A DNA stretch of 64,000 bases from Octopus vulgaris (taxonomy: Eukaryota), in NCBI GenBank assembly GCA_951406725.2, contig OX597823.1, forward strand, positions 13,764,001 through 13,828,000, given 5' to 3'. A model generated the notes under the pieces. The model saw nothing but the letters and a program-made list of their open reading frames with translations. It was not told the DNA's origin and ran no database searches. Positions 1 through 15,470 of this stretch are shown one piece after another. Positions within the stretch are counted from its first letter, which is position 1; each line of letters starts with the position of its first letter. Both the position numbers and the translations under genes were made by a program.

Positions 1-717
1 TTTCTAAATGTAGTATTTGTTTCCGTGAAAGTTTGGCGTGCTGTTGGTAAGGGCATTTGAATTATAACGTCGGATGTAATCAATTGAACCACACGTGTAT
101 TTATCGTTATGGTAAAATCTGGCGTGTGATTGAGTGGATTTCATCCAGATAGTTTTGGCTGAGGAGCTACAAGTGGGTTTTTTGTAAGTAAAATTACATT
201 TAATTCATTAATAGCGAAACAATTGTCCCAAAATAATCTGTATTTTTGTTATTTTTTATTTGCCCTGTTCGTGTGAGCTAACAATCGTACTGACTTTCAT
301 AGGAAACATGTATTTTTGTGGTTGAAACCTTTTGGATTTTCTAGTGCTAGAATGAGCCACATAGTGACCATTCTCTTATATTTATTTTTATATATATATA
401 TCAACATCTTTGTATTTAATAACTACATTTTGAACCTACATAGTCTTTTTATTTTAGGTACGAGACCTGAAATTCCAGGTACTGGGACTAGTCGATTACA
501 TCGACCCAAATAATCAATTGGTAATTATCTTATCGTCCCCGAAAGGGTGGAAGTTAAAGAAAACCTCGGCTGTATTTGAACTCAGAACGTAAAACCAGAA
601 GAAATGTTGATAATCATTCTGTCCGGCGCTTACCGCCTTTTTCTTATATCTTCTACATAATAACAACGTCTAATATTGTATAATGTGAAGCTGTTTAATG
701 TATCATTAACTAACTTA

Positions 718-888
718 GGCGCAGGAGTGGCTGTGTGGTAAGTAGCTTGCTAACCCACCACACGGTTCCGGGTTCAGTCCCACTGCGTGGCATCTTGGGC
801 AAGTGTCTTGTGCTATAGCCCCGGGCCGACCAATGTCTTGTGAGTGGATTTGCTAGACGGAAACTGAAAGAAGCCTGTCGTATATATG

Positions 889-960
<72 letters not shown>

Positions 961-1180
961 TGTGTATGTTTGTGTGCCTGTGTTTGTCCCCCTAGCATTG
1001 CTTGACAACCTATACTGGTGTGTTTACGTCCCCGTTACTTAGCGGTTCGGCAAAAGAGACCGATAGAATAAGTACTGGGCTTACAAAGAATAAGTCCCGG
1101 AGTCGATTTGCTCGACTAAAGACGGTGCTCCAGCATGGCCGCAGTCAAATGACTGATACAAGTAAAAGAGTAACAGAGAG
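718..1180 (+). mobile_element. tRNA-derived SINE, family A (internal TA/TG microsatellite, GTAAAAGA tail)
   Basis: Pol III A box TGGCTGTGTGG and B box GGTTCAGTCC; about 12 near-identical copies in the window. Confidence 0.9.
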
Positions 1181-2097
1181 TATATCATGATTTCAACCCG
1201 TTAGATATTATAAAAGCTTGCTGGCATTTTCTAAAATGAAAAAAAAGTATTTCAGTCGTAATTTCACCTCGTTCATTAAATTAGGTTAGCATAAATTAAT
1301 TAATCTAAACAACCGGTAATGGTTCATTAAGTGTAGTAGACAATTAAATCACAACCTATCAGTTTAACATATCAAATACCTCAATAATGTTGGTAATTTA
1401 ACCCTATAAACTCTCAAATAAATTTATTATTGGTTCATAAAGCTTAGCTTCCATCTCTTTTAATCCTGAATGAGTTAATAGCGATACGCCCACGTGACCT
1501 ATTTAAGTTTATTTATCGCTTATCACACCGGGAGCAATAAAAGCTAAATAATTAGTCGTAAATGCTCCATAACCTCCATACATCTATAATAATTATGGGT
1601 TACGTGTCAACATTCTAATCCGTTGTTTATGCACACTAAAAATGTCGCAAACGTACATTCTATAAAATATTACACACGCACACAAACACTCGCACATACA
1701 CACACATACACAGACACATGCTCTCACTCACTTGCACACACACACACACACACACATGTGCCTACTCACACCCGTACATGCACATATGTATAACCTTGCA
1801 TATTATTAGCTATACACATGTACACACACAATGCAGATCAAAACAAACAGAAGTGTACGACCGTTTTAACTAAAAATATAAGGCCTACCTACCAGAGTTT
1901 AGTTCCCTTGGTACATAAACTACAAGTTCCTAGTGTCCCTGCATGTGCTTTTCTCTTCGCTAACATGCTCCATTTCAACTCATAAGAATCATAAGGTCTT
2001 TTCAAAATATGCTACATGTTAACACCGGATATTACATCACATTTATGGATAGTAGCACATTCATACAAACGTATATTTCTACCTCCTTTATCAGCGA

Positions 2098-2491
2098 CTA
2101 GCAGTATCGCCCGGCGTTGCTCGAATTTGTAAGGGAAATAACTATATAAGAATTTTTAGAGATGTAAAGTATAATAGCCATCTCAATATAGCTAACCACA
2201 AAGGGGGGGTGTTACTGTAGCTTTTTACGTTCTGAGATTTAATAATACATTTTTAGAGAGTTACTTCCCTTATATATGCCAAAAATGCATTAAAAATGGG
2301 AAAAATGATGGTAATTTTTTTTTAAATCGTAGACTCATCGTAGACGCGCGCTAATACCCAGAAGGACTCGATATGAATCACGACTATAAGATACCCGGTT
2401 TTGGTTAAACTGCACCGCAAAATGTGGGAGTAGTTAGGAATCTAAATCGTAGGAGACAGACAGCACACATCCTCACTTTTATATATAAAGA
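2098..2491 (-). mobile_element. non-autonomous Helitron
   Basis: Minus strand begins TC and ends CTAG, with a subterminal hairpin and insertion between A and T without TSD; near-identical to 22062, 23775 and 50605. Confidence 0.85.
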
Positions 2492-2832
2492 TATGCAGAA
2501 AGGTTAGTATGAGTAAAAACAAAAATAATAGCGCCTCTGCCGTGCACACCAAATATGTCTCCAGTGGCTTCGGCATCTTTTGAATCTTGATTGAAAAGGA
2601 TGAAAAACAGGGGTCGAAGATGCTCTTCTCTTTACTACTTTTTCTACATTGATATATGTCTCATAAGAGGTAATATTTATTCAAATTTCAAAAAGGGTAA
2701 CTATATGTTTGTTAAAGAATTATAAGAATTATAAATTATAAGCAATATGGCAAAAATATTTTTTGCGTTTATGCAAAGATTGAGAAAAAAAAAAAACTAA
2801 AGAATTTATCTGACAACCCAATGTGTATAAAC

Positions 2833-3250
<418 letters not shown>

Positions 3251-4310
3251 GTGGGTTCATGGTTCAATTGATCGACTGAAAATATAGGGAACCACCAGCA
3301 TAATGCTAGCTTCCTCGGAGTCAAAACAAATGAGGTAGATTTCTTTTGGCTCTGACGAAGATATTGTGAGGGTTGTTCCCTATATTTATCGACTGATAAA
3401 ATGAACGCATCCAAATGCATATCTGAAACAGCTGTAAATCCTATAGTAAATGAATATGTGTATATAACCCTTTATATCTGTCTATTTTATGTATCCCTCT
3501 GTAAAATCATATTATCTTATCCGAGTAATGCAACCACGAATTTACAAATTTCACTGATGATGTCTAGGCTTGGTAGAACATACGGAATAAATTCAACTTG
3601 CATGAGAATATATAATTTTTCAATCGGCAGTAGTTACACAACATGACTCAAAGGTTCAATGGCCAAGTGTGACATATAAGCAGTCATATATGCATCAGGG
3701 TAGCTCTGCTTATGTGTATGCAAAGATGTATGCTCGCACACGCGTCTGTGAGCGTGTGTGTCTATATAGGTGCAAATGCTTACGTCTGTTCATGCCTGCA
3801 TTTAGTCCCTTTAAGTGAATCCATTTATCATAGCTAAACACCACGGAACTCACCACAGTCGCCCCATCTTTATCTGGGTTCATTTTAACCCAACAAATCT
3901 TAAATTGATGTGACATCTAGAAGATAAAATTTCCTCGCCAGGAGAATGTGACTTCAGCGAAAGGGAAATAAAAATACTCTGTAATCCAATCCAATAGAGA
4001 AAACAGCTAACATCATCCACTGATGAAAGCGAAATTTCGACATATGGTGTATAAGAACCAATAGCTACCGTTTGTGGTTCAATGTGTGAACAGTGCATAT
4101 CATGTATCGTCGGATATAATAACATCGTTAAAATAATAACACTAATGGGTAAAATGGTCTCACAGCCATATAAGTTGTTTTGGGACGAAGAAATGTTGAG
4201 TGAATATGTCAAGAACTTTTTTGTCGCATCCCACCCGACACACACACACATATACATACATATAGCAACACAAATACTCACACGCACACACACACATACA
4301 CATATACTCA

Positions 4311-4345
<35 letters not shown>

Positions 4346-4445
4346 CATATATATATATATACATTGTGTATATGTATATATACATAAACATATTATACAT
4401 ATTACATATATATATGTATGTATGTATGCGTGTATGTATACACAA

Positions 4446-4476
<31 letters not shown>

Positions 4477-4638
4477 CACACACATACACACATATATATA
4501 CATAGGTTTCGGGGTTATAACCGCTAAAGCATTTCTTTAACATCAACACTTGTCTTTTTTTTCAACAGCTTCATGTGTAGGAAAATCTACGTAGACTCGC
4601 ACGTCTGGGTCATCATGATCATCGCCGCCACCACCACC

Positions 4639-4670
<32 letters not shown>

Positions 4671-4816
4671 TGCAATCAGATCTCCTTGATAGGGCCACTG
4701 GTGTCTCGAAACAACGCTATTTGTATTCTGTGTTGTACGAAGCCATATCTTTCCAGTCTGAATAGTTTCAAGAAAGAGAGAAAAAAACACCACGAAAATA
4801 TTTCCAATAGGACTGT

Positions 4817-4868
<52 letters not shown>

Positions 4869-5398
4869 GTAAATTGGGGTTGATGAACAGATCTTCTGTC
4901 GTTGCTGACAACAGAACATGACACTGTATGTTAATGGTGAGGAAAGACAGTTGGTCAGAGTTATTGCTTGGGGTTGGGCAAAGTGTTGAGTGAATGTATA
5001 TGTTTAAAGCATATAGGCAAGAGTGTATGAGTGTATACCCATGTATGTATATCCATGAGTGTATGGTGTTATAAGTGTGTAGTGTTGGGTCTTTGAAGTG
5101 TTGTATGAGTATGTACCTGAATGTATGCGTCTGAGAGCGTAGTGATATATTCTGTAAGCCTGCGTTCCCCAAACAATGGACGACAACTCGGATCCAGTTT
5201 CCAGTAAAAGAAAAATGCTAAATTTTAATATAACAATAATTGCCGTGTAAAATATCCAGCAGATGGACGAAATTGTGTTTCGTTATTTCACAAGTTAACT
5301 TTAATGCGGAGCGAATGCAATAATACTGCAGCTACAAAGTTGCGGAGCAGTCATGCTCATTAACTGGGTCAAACGGCTCATGTGGTATGTTTATAACG

Positions 5399-5836
5399 AA
5401 GGCAGTAAGCTGGCAGAAGGCGGCGAGTTGGCAGAATCGTTAGGATGCCGGGCGAAATGCTCCGCGGTATTTCGTCTGCCGTTTACGTTCTGAGTTCAAA
5501 TTCCGCCGAGGTCGACTTTGCCTTTCATCCTTTCGAGGTCGATAAATTGAGTACCAGTTACGCACTGGGTTCGATGTAATCGACTTAATACCTATGTCTG
5601 TCCTTGTTTGTCCCCTCTGTGTTTAGTCCCTTGTGGGTAATAAAGAAATAGGTATTTCGTCTGCCGTTACGTTGTGAATTCAAATTCCGCCGAGGTCGAC
5701 TTTGCCTTTCATCTTTTCGGGGTCGATAAATTAAGTACCAGTTACGCACTGGGGTCGATGTAATCGACTTAATCCTTTTGTCTGTCCTTGTTTGTCCCCT
5801 CTGTGTTTAGCCCCTTGTGGGTAGTAAAGAAATAGG
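5399..5836 (+). mobile_element. SINE family B, composite (duplicated head plus a second, headless monomer)
   Basis: GGCGGCGAGTTGGCAGAA head, B box GAGTTCAAATTC, tail GTGGGTAGTAAAGAAATA occurs twice. Confidence 0.85.
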
Positions 5837-7211
5837 TATGGAGAAGCGTCAGTGATAACATGACTATGAAACACATCGTCACAGGAGCTGAATCTGCAAA
5901 CACAGAGAACATATTAGGAAATTTAGCTGAATATTTCCTATTTCTACAAGTGCACACATAGTCATATAATGTGGATGCACCAAGAGTCTTTAAGTCCAAC
6001 CATTGCATTCGTCTGGAATCATGAAATTCAAAGAGGGTCCGTGACTTTCTGCTCTTCCCCTTTTTAGAAGAAAAAACTTACTGTTCCTCCTCTTCAAAAA
6101 TACGATTCTGTGAACACAAACTAAACCACTGGATGCTGATCGAAAACAGTCTTCTCCGTCTTATTATTTGTTTCCAGAAGCACTGGTGAACCTTTAATTA
6201 ATTTACTATAAACTAACCATATTATTTAATTAATTTACTATAAATTAACCATATTATAAACAAGTTGTTTTTTTTATTTATTATTAAATCGAAATTTCGT
6301 ATTGCATATCTACTATTGAAATAATGAAGGAAACTTAACAAAATCAGAGATCTTTCAACTTTCCATATCCTACAGCTATTTCGATAATCCTTACGCTGTC
6401 TCGCAGTGTAATATTTATCTTGCAATGGATAGAAATTAGTTTTGTGATTGAGACTCACACTTGGGAATCTCTTGAAATCCACATTTTGTTAACAAAAGAT
6501 ATATTAAAATTAAAATTTAAAAAATTTTTTTCTAGATAACGTTAACTTTAACAATTGCTTTCTTTTAATAAAAGTTACCTAATCCAAACGAAGATTCTTT
6601 CTTTTATATTACTGTTAATATAGAGATGTGAGAATCATATTTTCTAGGATTTTTGAAGTGATCTCCAAATAACAAAGGGCTTATGCGATACAACTGGAAG
6701 AACGAAAATAAAAAAAGAAATAAGCGGAGAGAAGAAAACGACAAAACATTTAGAAAGAAATAGGAACAAACAAGAAAGATAGTGAAGAAGGAAAGAAATT
6801 AAAAAAGAATGAAACGAAAAATACACTATAAAATGAGCACTATAAAAACAACAAATGCTAAAAATATAAATAAAATAGGAACATTGATAGGACTACATCA
6901 ACCAAAAGGACGTAGAAACACTTGTTAGTAATAGATATGAGCTACGCTAGACTGTCACTAAAAGCATACAGGCTTTAAATTAATTAATTCTTGTAAGCAT
7001 CGAGATAACATTTTAGTCCATTGATGTGAGGTTATGTACGTCAAGAGATTTAACCAATCGTAAAGACTAGTCTCCAGCAGTCATAAATGTCCGTGTTCGA
7101 AAAATTGGGTCAAAGAAGTCGGGAAAGAATGATAAAGCGACACGTTATTAATCGCAAGGACATCAACGTATATGCTACAGACGTATCTATCTATCTATTT
7201 ATCTACCTATC

Positions 7212-7245
<34 letters not shown>

Positions 7246-7418
7246 CTTGTGTGTGTGTATAAATGTATGTATGTATGTTTATATATATATATGTATGTAT
7301 AACGTATATATATATATATGTGTGTGTGTGTATTTGTGTGCGTGTGTGTGTATGTATATATGTATACAGGCACATATATACATGTATAGACATTATATAT
7401 GTGTGTGTGCAGATACAG

Positions 7419-7612
<194 letters not shown>

Positions 7613-8124
7613 AGGCAGGTATGCATGTATGTATGTATATGTATGTATGTAGGTATGTAGATATATACCTATGTCATTCATGTATCCATACACATGGATA
7701 TATATACATATACACAAACACAATCATACATGTATGCACATACACACACATCCACAAGCACGCATACAAGTGTACAGAAATGGACTTCAGCGCAAACTTT
7801 CATCTCGTTGAACATATTGATTTCATTTTTTCCTAATTTCCTTATATATAATAATATCATCGAGTTCCAGTTTGCCTGAATAATTGTGTCTATTGTCATC
7901 GGGTGCTGTAATCCAACTTTCCATAATCAATATTATGCTAGCGTTTCGGGCAAAATGTTTAACGTTATTTCTTATGGGTCTTTGCAGTCTGCGTTCAAAT
8001 ACCGCTAGGGTCAAATTGTCTTTTAATCTTTTCGGGGTCGATAAAACAAAGGACCAGTCGGACACTGCGACAATATACTCGTATCATTGCTGGTCACATG
8101 CCAAAATTTGAAACAATAACGACA

Positions 8125-8126
<2 letters not shown>

Positions 8127-8219
<93 letters not shown>

Positions 8220-8231
8220 AAGAAGAAGAAG

Positions 8232-8270
<39 letters not shown>

Positions 8271-8300
8271 AATAATAATAATAATGATAATAATAATAAT
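8127..8300. repeat. compound (AAT)n(AAG)n(AAC)n microsatellite
   Basis: Direct reading. Confidence 0.95.
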
Positions 8301-8887
8301 CTGGTATCTGATCTTAACTGATTGGAAGTATTATCATGTGCATTGTTTTGTCTTGGTATAAAAGATGGGCTACAGCAAATATTCTGCTCAATGCCACAGA
8401 TTTGCTTGTTAGTTGTTTGACCTTAACCAGTTGACCATGTGCCTTAGTGGCTGACGATATGTGCATCTCTGATAATGAGCAGGAGTAGTGAGGGAGCATC
8501 GTAGCCATGTGCTGAGAGGGATTCTTTGGAGTTTGAATAACTAACCTTGGTTCGTTCAACATCTTTAAACAATCCCTATTCAGAGACCTTTTGAGCGAGA
8601 TGGGTTATTCTACAAGAAGAAAATTCTAACCGGGCCCCACAAGGTCATGCGCTGTTTATCTTGATATGAGATCACCATGTCGCACACATATGGTTGTGAT
8701 GCATGTGCCTGGTGTACCCTTATCAGACGGGTAGTCGTGATGGGTATACAAGGCTTCGAATATTTTACTCCAGTGTCACTTTGCCTCTGCGGAATTTGAA
8801 CTCAGAACGTAAAGAAGGACGCAGTAATGATTCTGTCAGCTCACCACCTTAATAGTAATAATAATAATAATAATAGTAATAATAATC

Positions 8888-8939
<52 letters not shown>

Positions 8940-8994
8940 TAATAATAATAATAATAATAATAATGATAATAATAATAATAATAATAATGATAAT

Positions 8995-9363
8995 AACAAG
9001 AGCACTCAGAGAGCGCAAACCTCCTCCAAGTCAACACCAACGTCTTTTCAGCGATTAGCCAGATTTTTTAAAATGTGTATATCTGAAATAAATTCGACTG
9101 CTCTCACAAACGAGACTACTAAAAATGAACTCGACCGCTCTCAAAAATTAAGTAAAAAAAAAACAGGAAAAATAACCCAGAATCCTAGTCCGATAGCAGA
9201 TCGATCTCAAAATTTAATCAATCCGTGTCAGTCACAAAGCCGAACATCCCTGAGAGTTTCATCCGAATCCATCGAGTGGTTCGTGAGATATTTTGTCTGC
9301 GGACAAATAAACAAATAAACAAGATTGAAAACAATGCCTCCGCCTTCGCTAAGGCGCAGGTAA
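8995..9363 (+). mobile_element. probable Helentron-associated (HINE/DINE-1-like) non-autonomous element
   Basis: Starts AACAAGAGCACTCAGAGAGCGC and ends in the stem-loop CCTCCGCCTTCGCTAAGGCGCAGG; embedded in (AAT)n. Confidence 0.45.
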
Positions 9364-9397
9364 TAATAATATTAATAATCATAATGATAATAATAAC

Positions 9398-9556
9398 CCT
9401 TTCTACTACAGGCACAAGGCCTGAAATTTTGAAGATTACATCGACCCCAGTACTCAACTGGTACTGATTTCATCGACTCCGAAATTATGAAAGACAAAGT
9501 AGACCTCAGTGGAATTTGAACGCAGAACGTGAAAAGAGACGAAATACCACTAAGCC
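9398..9556 (-). mobile_element. SINE family B-related, degraded
   Basis: Reverse complement of the B box and GGGGTCGAT segments; a similar relic lies at about 455-640. Confidence 0.65.
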
Positions 9557-9600
9557 CGGGATGCAAACGATTCCCTTTTGCTGAACCGGAATATGTACGT

Positions 9601-9690
<90 letters not shown>

Positions 9691-10216
9691 ACGTACATAA
9701 TACACACAGATGCATATATATGCATATATACATTACATGTGTATGCGTATGTGTGTACAGATATACTTGCATGCACTTATACACGTGCATACACATGTAT
9801 ATTCATAGCAGTATACACACTCATACAATTGTGGAATACGCATATACAATTCTACAAATGCATGTTATACGTATATATAAGCATGTCCAAATATGAATAT
9901 ATGGAGCTATATTGATAAATTACATTATTTATAATGAAATCAAATAAAATATAATTAAATAATTCAATAATTTTCAAAATAATTTAGTAAATGTAGAAAT
10001 TAATAAAGAAATTAAATAAGAAGAGAAATTAGGAATTTTTTTTTTTTTCACAAAATAGATTTACGTCTAAACGGTTTTCAAAGCAGGTCAGTAAAAGAAA
10101 GTACATCTCATTACCTGTCCAACAGAAGAATGTGCTCATGTTAATACATATAGATCTGGTAATATACACATGAAACTCTCGATCCTTGAGTCACTCTGTT
10201 GCTTCCGCTAAATGTT

Positions 10217-10378
10217 GTGGCTGTGTGGTAAGTAGCTTGCTAACCAACCACATGGTTCCGGGTTCAGTCCCACTGCGTGGCACCTTGGGCAAGTGTCTTC
10301 TGCTAGAGCCCCGGGCCGACCAATGCCTTGTGAGTGGATTTGGTAGACGGAAACTGAAAGAAGCCTGTCGCATATATG

Positions 10379-10409
<31 letters not shown>

Positions 10410-10628
10410 TTGTGTGTCTGTGTTTGTTCCCCTAGCATTGCTTGACAACTGATTCTGGTGTGCTTACGTCCCCGTCACTTAGCGGTTCGGCAAAAGAGGC
10501 CGATAGAATAAGTACTAGGCTTACAAAGAATAAGTCCCGGGGTCGATTTGCTCGACTAAAGGCGGTGCTCCAGCATGGCCGCAGTCAAATGACTGAAACA
10601 AGTAAAAGAGTAAAAGAGTAAAAGAGTA
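10217..10628 (+). mobile_element. SINE family A
   Basis: Matches 718-1180. Confidence 0.9.
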
Positions 10629-10659
10629 TATATCCATATTATGAGTTCTATTTTTCCTG

Positions 10660-11213
10660 TTTGCACCAACATACCTAGATACCTGGACTTTGTGGGAAGA
10701 TACTAAATCTTGTTTATATACGTATGGCCTTCCACTGTGTACGTCATTCAACCAGAGCCAAGCAATTGTCTACAACATCTCAACGTACCCAGTGGCATTG
10801 GTTCTAAGACCTTGCGGAATGTTATCAGGTGGCATGACATGACTTTCTTTACTCACTACTTCTACAATCGTCACAGGTGCTGGGGGAGTTCGGAAAGATT
10901 TGTAAATGATTATCTGCCATTTTCCCGCTCACGCATCTGACCATCGAGGTTTTTCGCATCAGTGAAAACTAAAACATAACGGGGCAGTTTAAGCCTTGTT
11001 TAGTAACCGCTTGATACGGATCAAACGGTTTTCCTGTCTTTCCAGACATGAATTGCCCTTTCCTCAGTAAATATGACTTGTATCGAAAGTCCTTGAACAG
11101 CACAGTTCTGATACTCCACTTCGCCACCAAAGATCTTTAGCGATGGCCCTCACTGGTTTTCTAGAAACATCATTGATGATGTTTTAAACCCGTTGGATGA
11201 ATTGTGGTGTCTC
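10660..11213 (-). pseudogene. decayed Tc1/mariner-superfamily (maT/DD37D-like) transposase
   Basis: Fragments read VRAIAKDL..YKSYLLRKGQFMS..VVSKESHVMPP..QGLRTNATGYVEML..GRPYVYKQD; stops and frameshifts present. Confidence 0.75.
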
Positions 11214-11233
11214 TATAGCATCCGAAAGTTTAA

Positions 11234-11702
11234 GGCGGTGATCTGGTAGAAACGTTAGCACGCCGGGCGAAATGCGTAGCCGTATTTCGTCTGCCGTTAC
11301 GTTCTGGGTTCAAATTCCACCGAGGTCGACTTTGCCTTTCATCCTTTCGGGGTCGATAAATTAAGGACCAGTTACGCACTGGGGTTGATGTAATCGACTT
11401 AATCCGTTTGTCAGTCCTTGTTTGTCCCTTCAATGTTTAGTCCCTTGTGGGTAGTAAATGAATAGATATTAAGGCGGCGATCTGGCAGAAAGGTTAGCAC
11501 GCCGGGCGAAATGCGTAGCCGTATCTCATTTGTCTTTATATTCTGAGTTCAAATTCCACCGAGGTCGACTTTGGCTTTCATCCTTTCGGGGTCGATAAAT
11601 TAAGTACCAGTTACGCACTGGGGTCGATGTAATCGACTTAATCCGTTTGTTTGTCCTTGTTTGTCCCCTCTGTGTTTAGTACCTTGTGGGTAGTAAAGAA
11701 AT
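11234..11702 (+). mobile_element. head-to-tail dimer of SINE family B with a 20-bp TSD
   Basis: Two full monomers; TATAGCATC(C/G)GAAAGTTTAA at 11214-11233 and 11704-11723. Confidence 0.9.
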
Positions 11703-11786
11703 ATATAGCATCGGAAAGTTTAAAATGTATTTTTTCTTTGCTCGTTTGTTTTTGTTTGTTTGTGTGGGGTTTATTTTCTCTCTTAC

Positions 11787-11962
11787 ATACAATTCTAACA
11801 TCGCCGCCAGAGGCTTCCAATTCCATCCGAAATTTGAGTGCAAAAGGTCTTGCAGCATTTAAAAAGCTGCCAGTTACTAAATCGCTGTGACCCACACAAA
11901 TAGCCACAATGACTGGATATCTATTTACGTCCTCTATTAGCATTGTATCAGCCATGGGAAAT
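11787..11962 (-). CDS. coding exon of an unidentified host gene (FPMADTMLIEDVNRYPVIVAICVGHSDLVTGSFLNAARPFALKFRMELEASGGDVRIV)
   Basis: Acceptor TTTTCTATTTCTTTCAG, donor GTAAGA, 176 bp, only one open frame, non-repetitive protein-like composition; family not recognised. Confidence 0.7.
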
Positions 11963-12114
11963 CTGAAAGAAATAGAAAACGTTTAATAATTTGAAGGAAT
12001 ATATTGATTGTCAAGTCTCTTCAAGTATCCCTCACACCATGTATATATAGGTTTAGTATGTAGAGGTTTGTTGTGAAAGACCTCGAAAAATCGAACTTAA
12101 TACACGAATATATA

Positions 12115-12340
12115 TACTCTCTCTCTTTACTCTTTTACTTGTTTCAGTCATTTGACTGTGGCCATGCTGGAGCACCGCCTTTAATCGAGCAACTCGACCC
12201 CGGGACTTATTCTTTTGTAAGCCCAGTACTTATACTATCGGTCTCTTTTGCCGAACCGCTAAGTAAAGGGAACATAAATATACCAGCATCGGTTGTCAAG
12301 CAATGCTAGGGGGACAAACACGGACACACAAACACACACA

Positions 12341-12396
<56 letters not shown>

Positions 12397-12530
12397 TTCG
12401 ACGGGCTTCTTTTCAGTTTCCGTCTACCAAATCCACTCACAAGGCTTTGGTCGGCCCGAGGCTATAGTAGAAGACACTTTCCCAAGGTGCCACGCAGTGG
12501 GACTGAACCCGGAACCATGTGGTTGGTAAA
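12115..12530 (-). mobile_element. SINE family A
   Basis: Reverse complement of 10217-10628, clipped at its 5' end. Confidence 0.9.
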
Positions 12531-12924
12531 TCTAAAAGTGTCTCAAGGGCCAAGAGTTTCGTTCAGTTTGGTAAGTGCCATGAACGAAACACTCGATCCT
12601 TCAGTCACTGTATAACTTCAGCCGATTAAATGTAATAAAATACAAGCACCCACGCACGCACTCACGCACACGAGCACACACACACACACACACATTGCAT
12701 ATACGTAAACGAATGTAAAGTGGTATTGAGTACATATTTTTTTATATCTTTAGCTTGTTTTCGCCATGATGGCTCGAGCCATGCTGTAGCAGCTTCATGC
12801 AGAAGAGTTCATTTACTGCTAAGGAATATTGTCTGTTGTTTTGTTTTATTTTTCTTTGCCGCAAGGGTCACAGGTGACATGAAATACAAGATAACTGAGT
12901 TAACCGCCATTTTAAAATCAACAC

Positions 12925-13580
<656 letters not shown>

Positions 13581-14109
13581 TGTTTCTTACTGCACGCTTG
13601 TTATTTTTTTTATGTGAAAGATCTTTAGAATGTAGAATATTGAAAGCAACGCACGCAACCTGCAGAAGGGTAAGAACAGTAGAAGCATATGTATTTAGCA
13701 TATTAACATCATTAAAATTTCACAGCAACATCTTAAATGTTAACATTTCAACGTATTGATTTGTGCGGGAGCGTATACACCTGCGCGCGCGTGTGTGTGT
13801 ACGTGGTGGGTGTACTTAAGTGTGTGTGTGTGTGTATGCATGTATGTCTTTGTCAGATTACGTGTGTGTATAAGTTGAATATTTTACGGGTTAATACATC
13901 TATAACCCTACGCAGTCAAAAGTAATCCGAATACAAACTAACGAGTAAGTCTTTAAGTGCTTCTTTGAAATGCTAGAAATAACAACCAAACCTCCCTTAA
14001 GTTACTCATTACCACAGGTAAGATTCAAAATATACTATATATTCTATATTCTACACAGCGAGGAGACTTGCGCATAACTGAGTTGATTAAAACCTTTTTT
14101 TTATATCAT

Positions 14110-14299
14110 AGGCGTAGGAGTGGCTGTGTGGTAAGTAGCTTGTTTACGAACCACATGGTTTCAGGTTCAGTCCCACTGCGTGGCACCTTGGGCAAGTGTC
14201 TTCTACTATAACATCGGGCCGACCAAAGCCTTGTGAGTGTATTTGGTTGACAGAAACTGAAAGAGGCCCGTCGTATATATGTATATATATATATATATA

Positions 14300-14381
<82 letters not shown>

Positions 14382-14850
14382 TATACATATGTATATATGT
14401 CCGGGATCCGGGACCCCGTCGGTCACGACACCGACCATGGGATTGCACCTAGAAAGTCACCCTCCTAGTCACAAGTCTGGGCATGCTTGTTTATGGAAGA
14501 CCAGCAGTCACCCATGCATACCGGCCTCCCCACTCCACGCCACTAATGTTATCCAAGGGAAAGGCAAAGGCCGATACAGCTTGGCACCTGTGACGTCGCA
14601 ACTCATTTCTACAGCTGATTGAACTGGAGCAACGTGAAATAAAGTGTCTTGCTCAAGAACACAACACGCCGCCCGGTCCGGGATTCGAGCTCACATCCTC
14701 ACGATCGTAAGCTCGACGCTCTACCACTGAGCCATGCGCCTTCACATGTATATATGTATATATATATATAAATTTATATATAAATCCTAGTTAAGGACCA
14801 TATTCATGTGAATTCTTTAGAATTCACTTGAATCTCAATTACTTAACCGA

Positions 14851-14890
<40 letters not shown>

Positions 14891-15470
14891 ATACAAACGT
14901 ATACACAAACGTTTGTGTGTCTATGTCGTCCCCCCAACATCGCTTGACAACTGATGCTGGTCTGTTTACGTCCCCGTTACTTAGCGGTTCGGCAAAAGAG
15001 AACCGATAGAATAAGTACTAGGCTTACAAGGAATAAGTCCTGGGAATCGATTTGCTCGAGTGAAAGCGGTGCTCCAGCATGGCCACAGTCAAATGACTGA
15101 AACAAGTAAAAGAGTAAAGAGAGTAAATAAATGGCGGTGCCCCAGTATGGCCACAGCACGTGAGCTGAAACTAGATAAAATAAAATAAAATAGACGGAAA
15201 CTGAAAGAAGCCCGTCGTATATATGTATATATATATGTATGCGTGTCTATGTTTGTGTGTCTGTGTTTTTCCCCCTAGCATTGCTTGACAGCCGATGCTG
15301 GTGTGTTCATGTCCCCGTTACTTAGCGGTTCGGCAAAAGAGACCGATAGAATAAGTACTGGGCTTACAAAAGAATAAGTCCCGGGGTCGAGTTGCTCGAT
15401 TAAAGGCGGTGCTCCAGCATGGCCGCAGTCAAATGACTGAAACAAGTAAAAGAGTAAAAAGAGTAAAAGA

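Noticed and set aside
8301-8783. Non-microsatellite block embedded in (AAT)n, probably an interspersed repeat
   Set aside because: Single copy in the window and no diagnostic motif I can demonstrate.
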